Assembly: GCA_044342075.1 (NCBI GenBank)
Contig: JBIIQM010000003.1
Span: 4,736-68,735 of the forward strand
Direction: 5' to 3'
Length of the DNA stretch: 64,000 nucleotides
Source of the DNA: Pirellulales bacterium
Lineage (GTDB): Bacteria; Planctomycetota; Planctomycetia; Pirellulales; UBA1268
Position 1 is the stretch's first letter. Each line of letters begins with the position of its first letter. The notes beneath the pieces are model-generated. The model did not search any database and was not told the origin of the DNA. It worked only from the letters and a program-made list of their open reading frames with translations. Both the position numbers and the translations under genes were made by a program. Of the stretch, positions 28,532-36,893 are shown one piece after another.

Positions 28532-30286
28532 ATGAAGTTCGCGTGGATCCTGCGAGGCGCCGCAGTCGTGGCCTGCCTCTGCGCCGCGCCGGTCGCGGCA
28601 GCAGAGCCCGGTGCCGCACGAAAGGTCGGCCTCGCCGGCCTCTTCGCGCAGCAGCAGTCTCCGGAACAGACGGCGCGGGGCTTTCTCAAGCAGTCCGTCG
28701 ATTACGGAACGGCGTCGGCCAAGATGGCCGAGAAGGGGGACGTGCGGGCGGTCGATGGCTTCTATGCCTCCGCCGAGGCCGCGTGGAACGCCGTCTGGAC
28801 ATGCCCCGGATCGCGGCCGATCCTCGAGGAGGCGTCGTGTCTCTACGCGGCCGCGCTCGAGGGGCTGCTCGTGACGGCCGACCAGCATGGCCGGCTCTCG
28901 GGCAATGGCCTCGTGATCGGCCCCGCCTGGAAGCCGATCTGCGTGCCGATCGAGACACGGGCGTTGCCGGTCGAGGCGTCGGCCATCGAGCGCGTGGTGG
29001 CACGGCCGCCGGCCGGTGACCGGCGGCTCACGCGGCAGCACGTGCGCGGCGGCTTCGGCCTGCCAGTTGCCGTGCGACTGGCGCGCGGCAGTTCCGCCGG
29101 CGGAGACGAATTCACGCCGTCGCGGCAGTCGCTGGCGGCCACGGCGGTGCTGCGATTCAAGATGCCGGGCGACGAGAACTTCCTGCAGAAGTTCTCCGGG
29201 CCGCTCGCGCGGGATCACGCGCCCGCAATCCTCGACCTCGCGAATCCCGTCGAGATCGCCGCCGTGCACGTGGGGCCGGCGCGGCCGCTCCTGGCGGCCG
29301 ATCTCTCGTTGCCGCTGCTCGACATGCTCGAGGGCATGCCGAAGACGTCGAGCATCACCGGCTTCCTGCAGCCCTACGGCCGCGGCGACACGGCGCCGAA
29401 GCTCGAGTTTCTCGAGCCCCACCAGCCCGGCCGCATCCCGGTCGTGTTCATCCACGGCCTCGCGAGCGACGAAGGCACGTGGTTTGACCTGATCAACGAG
29501 CTCCGTACCTGGCCGACGTTCCATCGCCGCTACGAAGCCTGGGTCTATCACTACCCGACCGGCGCCACGTTTCTCCATTCGGCGGCCGTGCTCCGCCGCG
29601 AGCTGCGGGCGGCCGTGCAGCGGCTCGATCCGCAGGGCACCGACCGCGCGCTGCAAAACATGGTGCTCGTCGGCCACAGCATGGGCGGCCTCCACGCCAA
29701 GCTTCAGGTGGTCGACCCGGGCACGAAGCTCTGGGAGGCGATTTCCTACGTGCCGTTCGAGCAGATCGTGCTGCGGCCCGAGCTCAAGGAGCGCGTCCGG
29801 TCGAACTATTTCTTCGAGCCGCTGCCCTTCGTGAAGCGGGTCGTCTTCGTCGCCACGCCCCACGGTGGCTCGTCGCTGGCCTCGCGCGGGGTCGGCAGGA
29901 TCGCCGCGCTCACGGTCAAGCAGCCTCCGCAGTCGAAAGCAATCCACGACGAGGCCGTGACCATGAACCCCGACGCCTTTCACTCCGATTACCAGCGTTC
30001 GCTGCCGACGACGATCGACATCCTCGAGCCCGACTCGAGCATCCTGCGGGCGCTCCGCGAGCTCCGCACCCCCTGCTGGGTGACGACGCACAGCATCATC
30101 GGCACCGCGCATCAATCGCTCGTGAGCGGACCAGACGATTGCGTCGTGCCGGCGTCGAGCGCGCGGCTACCCGGCGTCACGAGCGAACTCGAGGTGCCGG
30201 CCACCCACACCCGGGTGCACCACCACCCGCAGACGGTGATGGAAATCGAGCGCATCCTGCTCGAGCACCTGAACGAAACGCGGTAG
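28532..30286 (+). CDS. Secreted alpha/beta-fold hydrolase (esterase/lipase-like)
   Basis: The ORF is 584 aa. It has a signal peptide (MKFAWILRGAAVVACLCAAPVAAAEP), a nucleophile elbow (VLVGHSMGG) and VVFIHGLASD. Confidence 0.65.
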   Translation: MKFAWILRGAAVVACLCAAPVAAAEPGAARKVGLAGLFAQQQSPEQTARGFLKQSVDYGTASAKMAEKGDVRAVDGFYASAEAAWNAVWTCPGSRPILEEASCLYAAALEGLLVTADQHGRLSGNGLVIGPAWKPICVPIETRALPVEASAIERVVARPPAGDRRLTRQHVRGGFGLPVAVRLARGSSAGGDEFTPSRQSLAATAVLRFKMPGDENFLQKFSGPLARDHAPAILDLANPVEIAAVHVGPARPLLAADLSLPLLDMLEGMPKTSSITGFLQPYGRGDTAPKLEFLEPHQPGRIPVVFIHGLASDEGTWFDLINELRTWPTFHRRYEAWVYHYPTGATFLHSAAVLRRELRAAVQRLDPQGTDRALQNMVLVGHSMGGLHAKLQVVDPGTKLWEAISYVPFEQIVLRPELKERVRSNYFFEPLPFVKRVVFVATPHGGSSLASRGVGRIAALTVKQPPQSKAIHDEAVTMNPDAFHSDYQRSLPTTIDILEPDSSILRALRELRTPCWVTTHSIIGTAHQSLVSGPDDCVVPASSARLPGVTSELEVPATHTRVHHHPQTVMEIERILLEHLNETR

Positions 30287-30447
30287 GCTTCCGGCGACCC
30301 GTGCCCCGCTCGCCGGCGTATGCTGACGAGCGCAGCCAGGATGGCGGAGCGAAGTCAGCATCCGAGCGAGCGAAGGACAGGATGTCCGCAGCGAGCGTCC
30401 GGCGACGGGGTACGGGTCGCCGGAAGCCGGGTTGGGCGAGTTGACGC
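30286..30447 (+). repeat. Family A structured repeat, copy 1 (143-nt core 30286-30428 plus conserved 19-nt tail)
   Basis: The core starts GGCTTCCGGCGACCCGTGCCCC and ends GGGGTACGGGTCGCCGGAAGCC. It begins inside the TAG stop context of the hydrolase gene. Confidence 0.9.
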
Positions 30448-30458
30448 AAAGGCCAGAC

Positions 30459-30962
30459 CTACACGCGGGCGGCGGCGTGCTCTTCGGCGACGAACTCGAG
30501 GTCGGAGCTGAGATACTTCACCGTCGCCGTCGGGGCGAGGTTGAAGAAGACGCGGCCCTCGGTCTTCCAGCGGCCGTTCGATTCGTAGAGAAATTCAGCC
30601 GTGGCGGCGCGGACGTTGGAGACGGCCTCCACCTCCTCCATGCCGCCCCCCTCGATCGCCTCGAAGCTGACCTCGATCGCCACGAGCGCCTTGAGGCCGC
30701 CGGTGTGGCGATCGCGGGCGTAGACCACGTCGTCGTCGAACAGCACGTCGGTCCACCGCAGGCCGCGCGGCTTGCCGCTGCTGCTGGCCCGCTCGATGAA
30801 CTTCGCCTCGAGCTGCTCGCGCTGGCGGTGGAAATCACGCTGGGCCCGCGCCAACTTCTCGGCCTGCCGCGCGGCGCGGATTGGCCGCAGCGCCACCGCC
30901 AGGACCATGACAGACGCCACCACGATCGCGATCGCGGAGAGGAAGAAAATCGCGTTTCCCAC
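30459..30962 (-). CDS. Hypothetical single-pass membrane protein
   Basis: I trim the track ORF to GTG 30962, which has GGAG 8 nt upstream. The N-terminus is a TM helix (VGNAIFFLSAIAIVVASVMVLAVAL). Third-position GC bias is strong. I recognise no family. Confidence 0.55.
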   Translation of the reverse strand: MGNAIFFLSAIAIVVASVMVLAVALRPIRAARQAEKLARAQRDFHRQREQLEAKFIERASSSGKPRGLRWTDVLFDDDVVYARDRHTGGLKALVAIEVSFEAIEGGGMEEVEAVSNVRAATAEFLYESNGRWKTEGRVFFNLAPTATVKYLSSDLEFVAEEHAAARV

Positions 30963-31135
30963 GGGGTCATCTCCGGGATCGGGGGGCGGCCAACAGGGGA
31001 AGTGTACGACCACCGTCTCGATCGTCAAAAGTCGTCGTTGCGATCGGCCGCAGCGAGCCCGCGGTTTCGGGCGGCCGCGTCGTCGAGCCACCGGTCGTAG
31101 CGGGCTTTTTCAGCGGAACGGGTAGGATCTCGGCC

Positions 31136-32059
31136 ATGAAAAAAACTGCTCGCAAGACAGCCCCGGCCCGCGCTCGGTCCAAACGGCGGCCGCTCGGCGC
31201 GCACCAGTCGATCGCCGGGGGATTCACGAAGGCGGTCGATCGCGCCATCGAGACGGGCTGCGAATGCCTGCAGGTGTTCACCCGCAACATCAACCGCTGG
31301 GATGTCTCGCCGCTCGATCCCGACGAGGCCGCTGCTTTTCGCCAGGCCGTGAAGGATGCCGGGCTCTCGCTCGTCGTGGCCCACGATTCCTATCTCATCA
31401 ATCCCGCATCCGCCGATGACACCTTGCGCAAGAAGTCGATCGCCGGGCTCGTCACGGAGCTCGAGCGGGCCGAAGGGCTGGGCATCCCCTGGGTGGTCGC
31501 CCATCCCGGCGCGGCCGGCGAGCAGCCGCTCGACGAGGCCGTGGCCCGCGCGGCCGACGGCATCGCCGCGGCGCTCAAGACCACCCGCACGCTCGCGGCC
31601 GGCATCCTGATCGAGACCACCGCCGGCCAAGGCTCCTGCCTCGGCGCGGCATTCGAGGAAATCGGCGCGATGCTCGACCGGATCGACAAGCAGCCGGGAT
31701 TGGCGAAGCGGGTGGGCGTCTGCCTCGACACCTGCCACGTCTTCGCCGCAGGCTATCCGCTCGCTCCGCAGGAAAGCCTCGACAACACGCTGCGCCAGTT
31801 CGACCGCGCGATCGGCCTGAAGCGGCTCGTCGTGATCCATGCCAACGACTCCAAGCGGGAACTCGGTTCACGCGTCGATCGTCACGAGGCGATCGGCCAG
31901 GGAAAGATCGGCCGCGAGGCCTTCCGCCTGATCATGAACCACCCGAAGCTCGCCCACGTCCCGCTGATTCTCGAAACGCCGAAGGAGGGCGCCGACGGCA
32001 AGGTGTCGCCGGCGAAGGACCGCGGCAACCTCGCCACCCTCCGCCGCATGCAGCGGTAG
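31136..32059 (+). CDS. nfo: Endonuclease IV (AP endonuclease)
   Basis: The ORF is 307 aa. Nfo motifs are present: LGAHQSIAGG, AHDSYLINPAS, ETTAGQGS and HANDSK...GSRVDRHEAIGQG. Confidence 0.85.
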   Translation: MKKTARKTAPARARSKRRPLGAHQSIAGGFTKAVDRAIETGCECLQVFTRNINRWDVSPLDPDEAAAFRQAVKDAGLSLVVAHDSYLINPASADDTLRKKSIAGLVTELERAEGLGIPWVVAHPGAAGEQPLDEAVARAADGIAAALKTTRTLAAGILIETTAGQGSCLGAAFEEIGAMLDRIDKQPGLAKRVGVCLDTCHVFAAGYPLAPQESLDNTLRQFDRAIGLKRLVVIHANDSKRELGSRVDRHEAIGQGKIGREAFRLIMNHPKLAHVPLILETPKEGADGKVSPAKDRGNLATLRRMQR

Positions 32060-32077
32060 GGTAGGCTTCAGCCTGCC
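32056..32077. repeat. REP copy (GTAGGGTAGGCTTCAGCCTGCC) that contains the nfo stop codon
   Basis: It is identical over 22 nt to the copy at 20625-20646. Confidence 0.9.
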
Positions 32078-32108
32078 AGAAGGAACCCGCTTCGTCACGC
32101 TGGACGTA

Positions 32109-32265
32109 GGCGAGGGGGTCGGCGGAAGCGTGACGAGCGTTAGGAACTTTCGACCTTCTGGGAAATGAAGCTCCGTAGGTCGTAAAAGGAGAAAGTTTCT
32201 CCGCGAGGCACCTTCTGCCGCCCCCGAGCCGGTGCAACGCCAGTTGAGATCAGCTTCGGTCTACG
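32109..32265 (+). repeat. Family B composite repeat, copy 1
   Basis: The sequence runs GGCGAGGGGGTCGGCGGAAGCGTGACGAGCG...GGAGAAAGTTTCTCC...CTTCTGCCGCCCCCGAGCCGGTGC...GGTCTAC. Related copies lie at 54078-54240 (inverted) and 58174-58303 (central part replaced). Confidence 0.85.
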
Positions 32266-33556
32266 GTCGTTCCGGCGGGATCGTGCGGCCGTGGGGGTCG
32301 CTGGCCGCGGCGCCCACTTCGGCTTCGAGCCGCTCGCGGACGGCTGCGCCCAGATGGTGCTCGATCCATTCGGCCGGCGGATGGAGGTGATCGAGCGGCA
32401 ATTCGGCGTGGCGGCCGAGCCAGGCCTCCCACAGGCGGTGCGACCGCACGACCGTCTCCGCCTCCGACCTGCCCCGCGGCGACAGCCGCCAGCCGCCGTC
32501 GGCCTGCGTGGAAATGCGTCCGCTGGCCCGCAGCCACAAGAGTGCCGCATGCTGCGTGAGCGACGACGGAAACACGGCCGGGGGCAGCGTGGCGACTCCC
32601 CCGGCCTCCTCGCCGCGCCAGAGCGCGGCCAGACAGTCTTCGCAGGTGACCCGCCATGCCAGCCAGCCGCGGCTGGCCAACCGCGCCACGACGCCATCCG
32701 GCGCGACGAGCGCGGCGGCGAGGTATCCCAGGCCGAGCACGACCGCGATCATCCCGGCGGCGCTCGTGTTGAAGTGCCAGGCGGCCACATAGCCGAGGCA
32801 GGAGGCGGCCACGGCAATGAGGATGGCGACGAACGCCATCCAATGCAGCCGATGCACGAGCAATTCGGCGGTCGCCGCCGGCACGACGAGCATCGCCACG
32901 ACGAGGATCGCACCGACGGCCTCGAAGCTGGCCACGGTGGCCAGCGACGTCGCCGCAAGCAGGCCCATCGTGGCGAGCCGCACCGGCATGCCTGCGGCCC
33001 GGGCGGCGTCGGCGTCGAACGCTGCAAAGAGCTGTTCCTTCCAGGTGAACAGGGCCGCGGCGGAAAGAGCCGCGAGCACGATCGCGCCGGTCAGAAACGC
33101 CCGCGGAATCTCGAAGCCCGCGATCCGCACCGTGTCGAACGGCACGAGCTCGAGGATGCCGTGGAGCACGCACGAGGCGTCGAGATCGACCCGCGAAGCC
33201 AGCGCCGAGACGAGCACCACCCCGACCGCGAAGAGCGTCGTAAACACGATCCCCGCCGCCGCATCCTCGGCCAGGCCGCGCCGCCCTGCGAGCGACCGCG
33301 TGAGCCAGACGGTGGCCAGCGCCGTCGCTGTGGCGCCGGCCAGGACGATCGGCCCGCCCAACCGGCCGCCGGCGAGCACGGCGACAACGATGCCCGGCAA
33401 GACGGCATGGCTGATCGCATCGCCGAGCAGGCTCAGGCGGCGCACCACCAGCAGCGTGCCGACAAGCGCGCAGCCCGCCGATACCACGGCCGCCGTGGCC
33501 ATCGCCCAGCCGTGCATCACGGCCTGCTCCGAGAGCCACACGGCAGCGACCGTCAT
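32261..33556 (-). CDS. Metal ABC transporter permease (ABC-3 family) fused to a C-terminal DtxR/MntR-like domain
   Basis: I trim the track ORF to ATG 33556, which overlaps the upstream stop (ATGA). The permease part contains LLGDAISHAVLPGIV. The last ~140 aa resemble a winged-helix domain plus a metal-binding dimerisation domain (VRSHRLWEAWLGRH...HPPAEWIEHHLG...DPHGRTIP). Confidence 0.7.
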   Translation of the reverse strand: MTVAAVWLSEQAVMHGWAMATAAVVSAGCALVGTLLVVRRLSLLGDAISHAVLPGIVVAVLAGGRLGGPIVLAGATATALATVWLTRSLAGRRGLAEDAAAGIVFTTLFAVGVVLVSALASRVDLDASCVLHGILELVPFDTVRIAGFEIPRAFLTGAIVLAALSAAALFTWKEQLFAAFDADAARAAGMPVRLATMGLLAATSLATVASFEAVGAILVVAMLVVPAATAELLVHRLHWMAFVAILIAVAASCLGYVAAWHFNTSAAGMIAVVLGLGYLAAALVAPDGVVARLASRGWLAWRVTCEDCLAALWRGEEAGGVATLPPAVFPSSLTQHAALLWLRASGRISTQADGGWRLSPRGRSEAETVVRSHRLWEAWLGRHAELPLDHLHPPAEWIEHHLGAAVRERLEAEVGAAASDPHGRTIPPERP

Positions 33557-34416
33557 GCGATCGGCCTCCGCCGCGAAAGCCGGTCGCGGATCACCGCCGC
33601 GAGAAATGACAGGCCGAAAATCGCCGCCGCCACGAGCACGATCATCGGCCCGGTCGGCAGCCGTGGAAAGACGGCACTCGCGACGACGCCAGCCAGGGCG
33701 CTGACCAACCCGATCGCTCCGGCAAGCGGCAGCATCGTGCCCACGCGATCGGTCCACTGCCGCGCGGCCGCCGGCGGGATCACGACGAGCGCCGTCACGA
33801 GCACGGCGCCGGCCGCGGGCAGCCCCACGACCACCATCACGGCCACGAGCGCCACGAGCAGGTAATCGATGAGCGTCACCGGCCAGCCCGTGGCCGCCGC
33901 GAACGCCGGATCGAAGGCGACGAGCACCGCCTCCTTGAACCCCACCAGCAGCGTCACCACCGCCACGACGGAAACCACCGCGAGGAGCAGCGCGTCGGCC
34001 GCCGTGAGCGCGGCGGTGTGGCCGAGCAGAAACTGTTCGAGCCCGCCGCCACCGGGAATCCCGCGGGCGGTGATGCCGGAGATGAGCGTGATCCCGAGGC
34101 CGAACGACACACCGAGCACGATGGCCGTGGCTGCGTCGTCGCGGGTCCGCGTCCAGCGGCGGATCAAGACGAGCACACCCAGGCTCGCCACCGCCGCCAC
34201 GAGAGCACCCAGGAGAAGCACGGGCAGATCACGGCGGCCGGTCGCGAGAAAGGCGGACGCCACACCCACGAGCGTGGCATGCGCCGCCGCGTCGCCGGCC
34301 AAGGCCCGCTTCCGCAACAGCCCGAGGCTGCCGATCACGCCGGCGGCGAACCCCACCGCCGCCACGCCGGCGGCCACGACGAGCGTGTTGTAGGGAATCG
34401 CCCCGAGCGGGCTCAT
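33553..34416 (-). CDS. Metal ABC transporter permease (ABC-3 family)
   Basis: I trim the track ORF to ATG 34416, which overlaps the upstream stop. The sequence begins [17 protein letters not shown] and includes [14 protein letters not shown]. The protein is polytopic. Confidence 0.75.
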   Translation of the reverse strand: MSPLGAIPYNTLVVAAGVAAVGFAAGVIGSLGLLRKRALAGDAAAHATLVGVASAFLATGRRDLPVLLLGALVAAVASLGVLVLIRRWTRTRDDAATAIVLGVSFGLGITLISGITARGIPGGGGLEQFLLGHTAALTAADALLLAVVSVVAVVTLLVGFKEAVLVAFDPAFAAATGWPVTLIDYLLVALVAVMVVVGLPAAGAVLVTALVVIPPAAARQWTDRVGTMLPLAGAIGLVSALAGVVASAVFPRLPTGPMIVLVAAAIFGLSFLAAVIRDRLSRRRPIA

Positions 34417-35183
34417 GAGGTTCGCCTCCCCTGGGCGACGGCGCGGCCGAGTTCGTCGAGCACGTCGAGCGGGCCGGCATAGGTGCGGCGCAGATTCTCG
34501 GGAGTGAGCACGGTGGCCGTCGGCCCCGCAGCGACGAGCCGCATGTCGATGAGCGCCACCGCATCGAACCATTCCGCGGCGGTGCGGAGATCGTGATGCA
34601 CGACGACGACCAGCCTCCCTTCCGACCGCAGGTCGGCGAGCACACGGAAGATCGTCTCTTGCGAGCGGGCATCGACGCCGGCCAGCGGCTCGTCGAGAAA
34701 GTAGAGATCCGCCTCCTGCGCCAGCGCCCGCGCGAGAAACACCCGCTGCTGCTGTCCGCCGGATAACCGGCCGATCTGCCGGCCGGCGACATTGGCGAGC
34801 CCGACGCGGTCGAGGCACGCCTTGGCGAGCGTCCGCTCGCGCGGCCCCGGCCGGCGAAACCAGCCCAGCCGCGGATAGGTGCCCATCAGCACGACATCCA
34901 TCACGCTCACGGGAAAGTCCCAGTCCACCGTCTCGCGCTGCGGCACATATCCCACGCGCCGTCGCACCTCGTCGAGCGGCTTCCCGAAGAGCTTCACGCT
35001 GCCGCCGGCGAGCGGCACGAGGCCGAGCGCCGCCTTCAGGAGCGTGCTCTTCCCCGCGCCATTCGGGCCGATGACACCGAAGATGCCGGGCGCGTCGATG
35101 GCGAGATCGATGTTCCAGAGCACCGGACGGCCACCGTAGGCGACCGTCAGGTCGTGAAACTCGACCGCATGGGGCGCGGCCAT
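34413..35183 (-). CDS. Metal ABC transporter ATP-binding protein
   Basis: I trim the track ORF to ATG 35183 ([18 protein letters not shown]). It has Walker A (GPNGAGKST), the ABC signature (LSGGQQQR) and Walker B (LYFLDEP). Confidence 0.85.
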   Translation of the reverse strand: MAAPHAVEFHDLTVAYGGRPVLWNIDLAIDAPGIFGVIGPNGAGKSTLLKAALGLVPLAGGSVKLFGKPLDEVRRRVGYVPQRETVDWDFPVSVMDVVLMGTYPRLGWFRRPGPRERTLAKACLDRVGLANVAGRQIGRLSGGQQQRVFLARALAQEADLYFLDEPLAGVDARSQETIFRVLADLRSEGRLVVVVHHDLRTAAEWFDAVALIDMRLVAAGPTATVLTPENLRRTYAGPLDVLDELGRAVAQGRRTS

Positions 35184-36115
35184 CAGCGGCCTCCGGCGAG
35201 CGCGGCCACGATCGTCTCGACGTTTTCGCGGAGCGCGGCTTCGAGCGAGCCCGCCGGGCCGCCCGGTTCGCCGAGCGAATCGGAGTGGAGCCTGCCGCCG
35301 AGGCTCACGTCGTGGCCGCGCGACTGCGCTCCTTCGCGCAACGCCGCGACGCTCCTGTCCGACACGCTCGTCTCGAGAAACACGGCGGGGATTTGCCGCT
35401 CGACGACGAGATCGACGAGCCGATTGATGTCGCCGAGCCCCGCCTCGCTCTCGGTGCTCGTCCCCTGCACGCCGACCACCTCGACACCATAGGCCCGCCC
35501 GAAATAGCGGAAGGCGTCGTGCGCGGTGACGAGCACCCGCCGGTCGGCCGGGATGCTGACGATCTTTTTTCGCAGCTCGTCGTCGAGCCGCTCGAGCCGC
35601 GCCGTGTAGTCGGCCGCGCGGGCGGCGTACTCGTCGGCATGCGCCGCGTCGATCCCCGCGAGTGCCTTCGCCACGACGGCCGGGCAGAGGCTCCAGAGAC
35701 GTGCGTCGAACCAGACGTGCGGATCGTGAAGTCCCGCATCGGCCTCGAGCAGCCGGTCGGCCGGGAGCGTGTCGGCCACCGCAACCACCGGCACCCGCTT
35801 CGAGAGCCGCGCGAGCAGTTCGGCGAGTTTCCCCTCGAGATGCAGCCCTGAAGCCACCACGAGATCCGCCCGCGCGAGCCTGTCGGCATCCCGCGGCGTG
35901 GCCTTGTAACTGTGCGGGTCGATGCCCGCCGCCATGAGGCAATCGATCGCCACGCGGTCGCCGGCCACCTGGCGGACGAGGTCGGCCACGACCGTCGTCG
36001 TCGCGACGACGACGGGTTTGCCGTCGTCCGGGGGCGCGGCATCGGCCGCCGATCGGGCCACGAGGGCGACGACCGCCAGCGTCATCAGGCCGATTTTTGA
36101 GAAGCCAAAAAGCAT
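35183..36115 (-). CDS. Cluster-9 metal (Mn/Zn/Fe) ABC substrate-binding protein
   Basis: I trim the track ORF to ATG 36115, giving [24 protein letters not shown], a signal peptide. TroA/ZnuA/MntA-like motifs are present: [16 protein letters not shown] and [12 protein letters not shown]. Confidence 0.75.
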   Translation of the reverse strand: MLFGFSKIGLMTLAVVALVARSAADAAPPDDGKPVVVATTTVVADLVRQVAGDRVAIDCLMAAGIDPHSYKATPRDADRLARADLVVASGLHLEGKLAELLARLSKRVPVVAVADTLPADRLLEADAGLHDPHVWFDARLWSLCPAVVAKALAGIDAAHADEYAARAADYTARLERLDDELRKKIVSIPADRRVLVTAHDAFRYFGRAYGVEVVGVQGTSTESEAGLGDINRLVDLVVERQIPAVFLETSVSDRSVAALREGAQSRGHDVSLGGRLHSDSLGEPGGPAGSLEAALRENVETIVAALAGGR

Positions 36116-36137
36116 TTTTTGAAGCCCCAAAAAGCAT
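36094..36137 (-). promoter_or_regulatory. Tandem 22-nt AT-rich repeat spanning the substrate-binding-protein start codon (candidate operator)
   Basis: The minus strand reads ATGCTTTTTGGGGCTTCAAAAA then ATGCTTTTTGGCTTCTCAAAAA. Each unit contains the inverted repeat TTTTTG-N6-CAAAAA. Confidence 0.4.
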
Positions 36138-36271
36138 ACCCCACGCCCGCATAGTCCCGCAAACCGGCATCTTCGGGCCGATGCCGGCGCGGCATTCACC
36201 GGCGCGTTGACCTTCCCGGAGGGCATACTTACCTTCATCAGAGCCTCGTGCGGTCCCCCGGGAGCGACGCC

Positions 36272-36886
36272 ATGTCGACCTATTTCAAGCGGTTTCGCAT
36301 GGACGCGGACCTGTCGGCTCCGCGGCGGCCCCTCCCCCTTCCGGCCGGCTACCGCTTCGTGTCGTGGAACGAGGCCCTGCTCGACGTCCACGCCCGCACG
36401 AAGCATCGCTCCTTCCGCGGCGAGATCGACGCGCTGGTATTCCCCTGCCTCGGCAATATCGAGGGCTGCCGACGGCTGATGCGCGAGATCCGCAACAAGC
36501 CCGGCTTCCTGCCGGGGGCCACCTGGCTCGTGGTGCGAAACGACGCCCTCGGCGAACTCGAGTGGTGCGGCACGATCCAAGGCGTGGTCGACAAGCTCGG
36601 CGTCGGGTCGATCCAAAATATCGGCGTGGTTCCCAGCCACCGCGGCTTCGGCCTGGGCACGTGCCTGATCGAGCAGGCGCTCGCCGGATTTCGAGGCCAC
36701 GGACTGCGGCGGGCCTTCCTCGAGGTGACTGCCGAAAACTCGGGGGCCGTTCGCCTCTATCAGCGGCTCGGCTTCCGGCGCACGAAAACCATCTATAAGG
36801 TGGTGGAGGCAGCCGACGAGGTCCCGGGCTGCGTGTCCGTCGCTTCCGCCGTGGGGACGCGGCTGGCCGAACCCGCCTGTCCGTGA
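36272..36886 (+). CDS. GNAT-family N-acetyltransferase
   Basis: I trim the track ORF to ATG 36272. The acetyl-CoA binding motif is present ([24 protein letters not shown]...[10 protein letters not shown]). Confidence 0.75.
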   Translation: MSTYFKRFRMDADLSAPRRPLPLPAGYRFVSWNEALLDVHARTKHRSFRGEIDALVFPCLGNIEGCRRLMREIRNKPGFLPGATWLVVRNDALGELEWCGTIQGVVDKLGVGSIQNIGVVPSHRGFGLGTCLIEQALAGFRGHGLRRAFLEVTAENSGAVRLYQRLGFRRTKTIYKVVEAADEVPGCVSVASAVGTRLAEPACP

Positions 36887-36893
36887 TCCCCTC

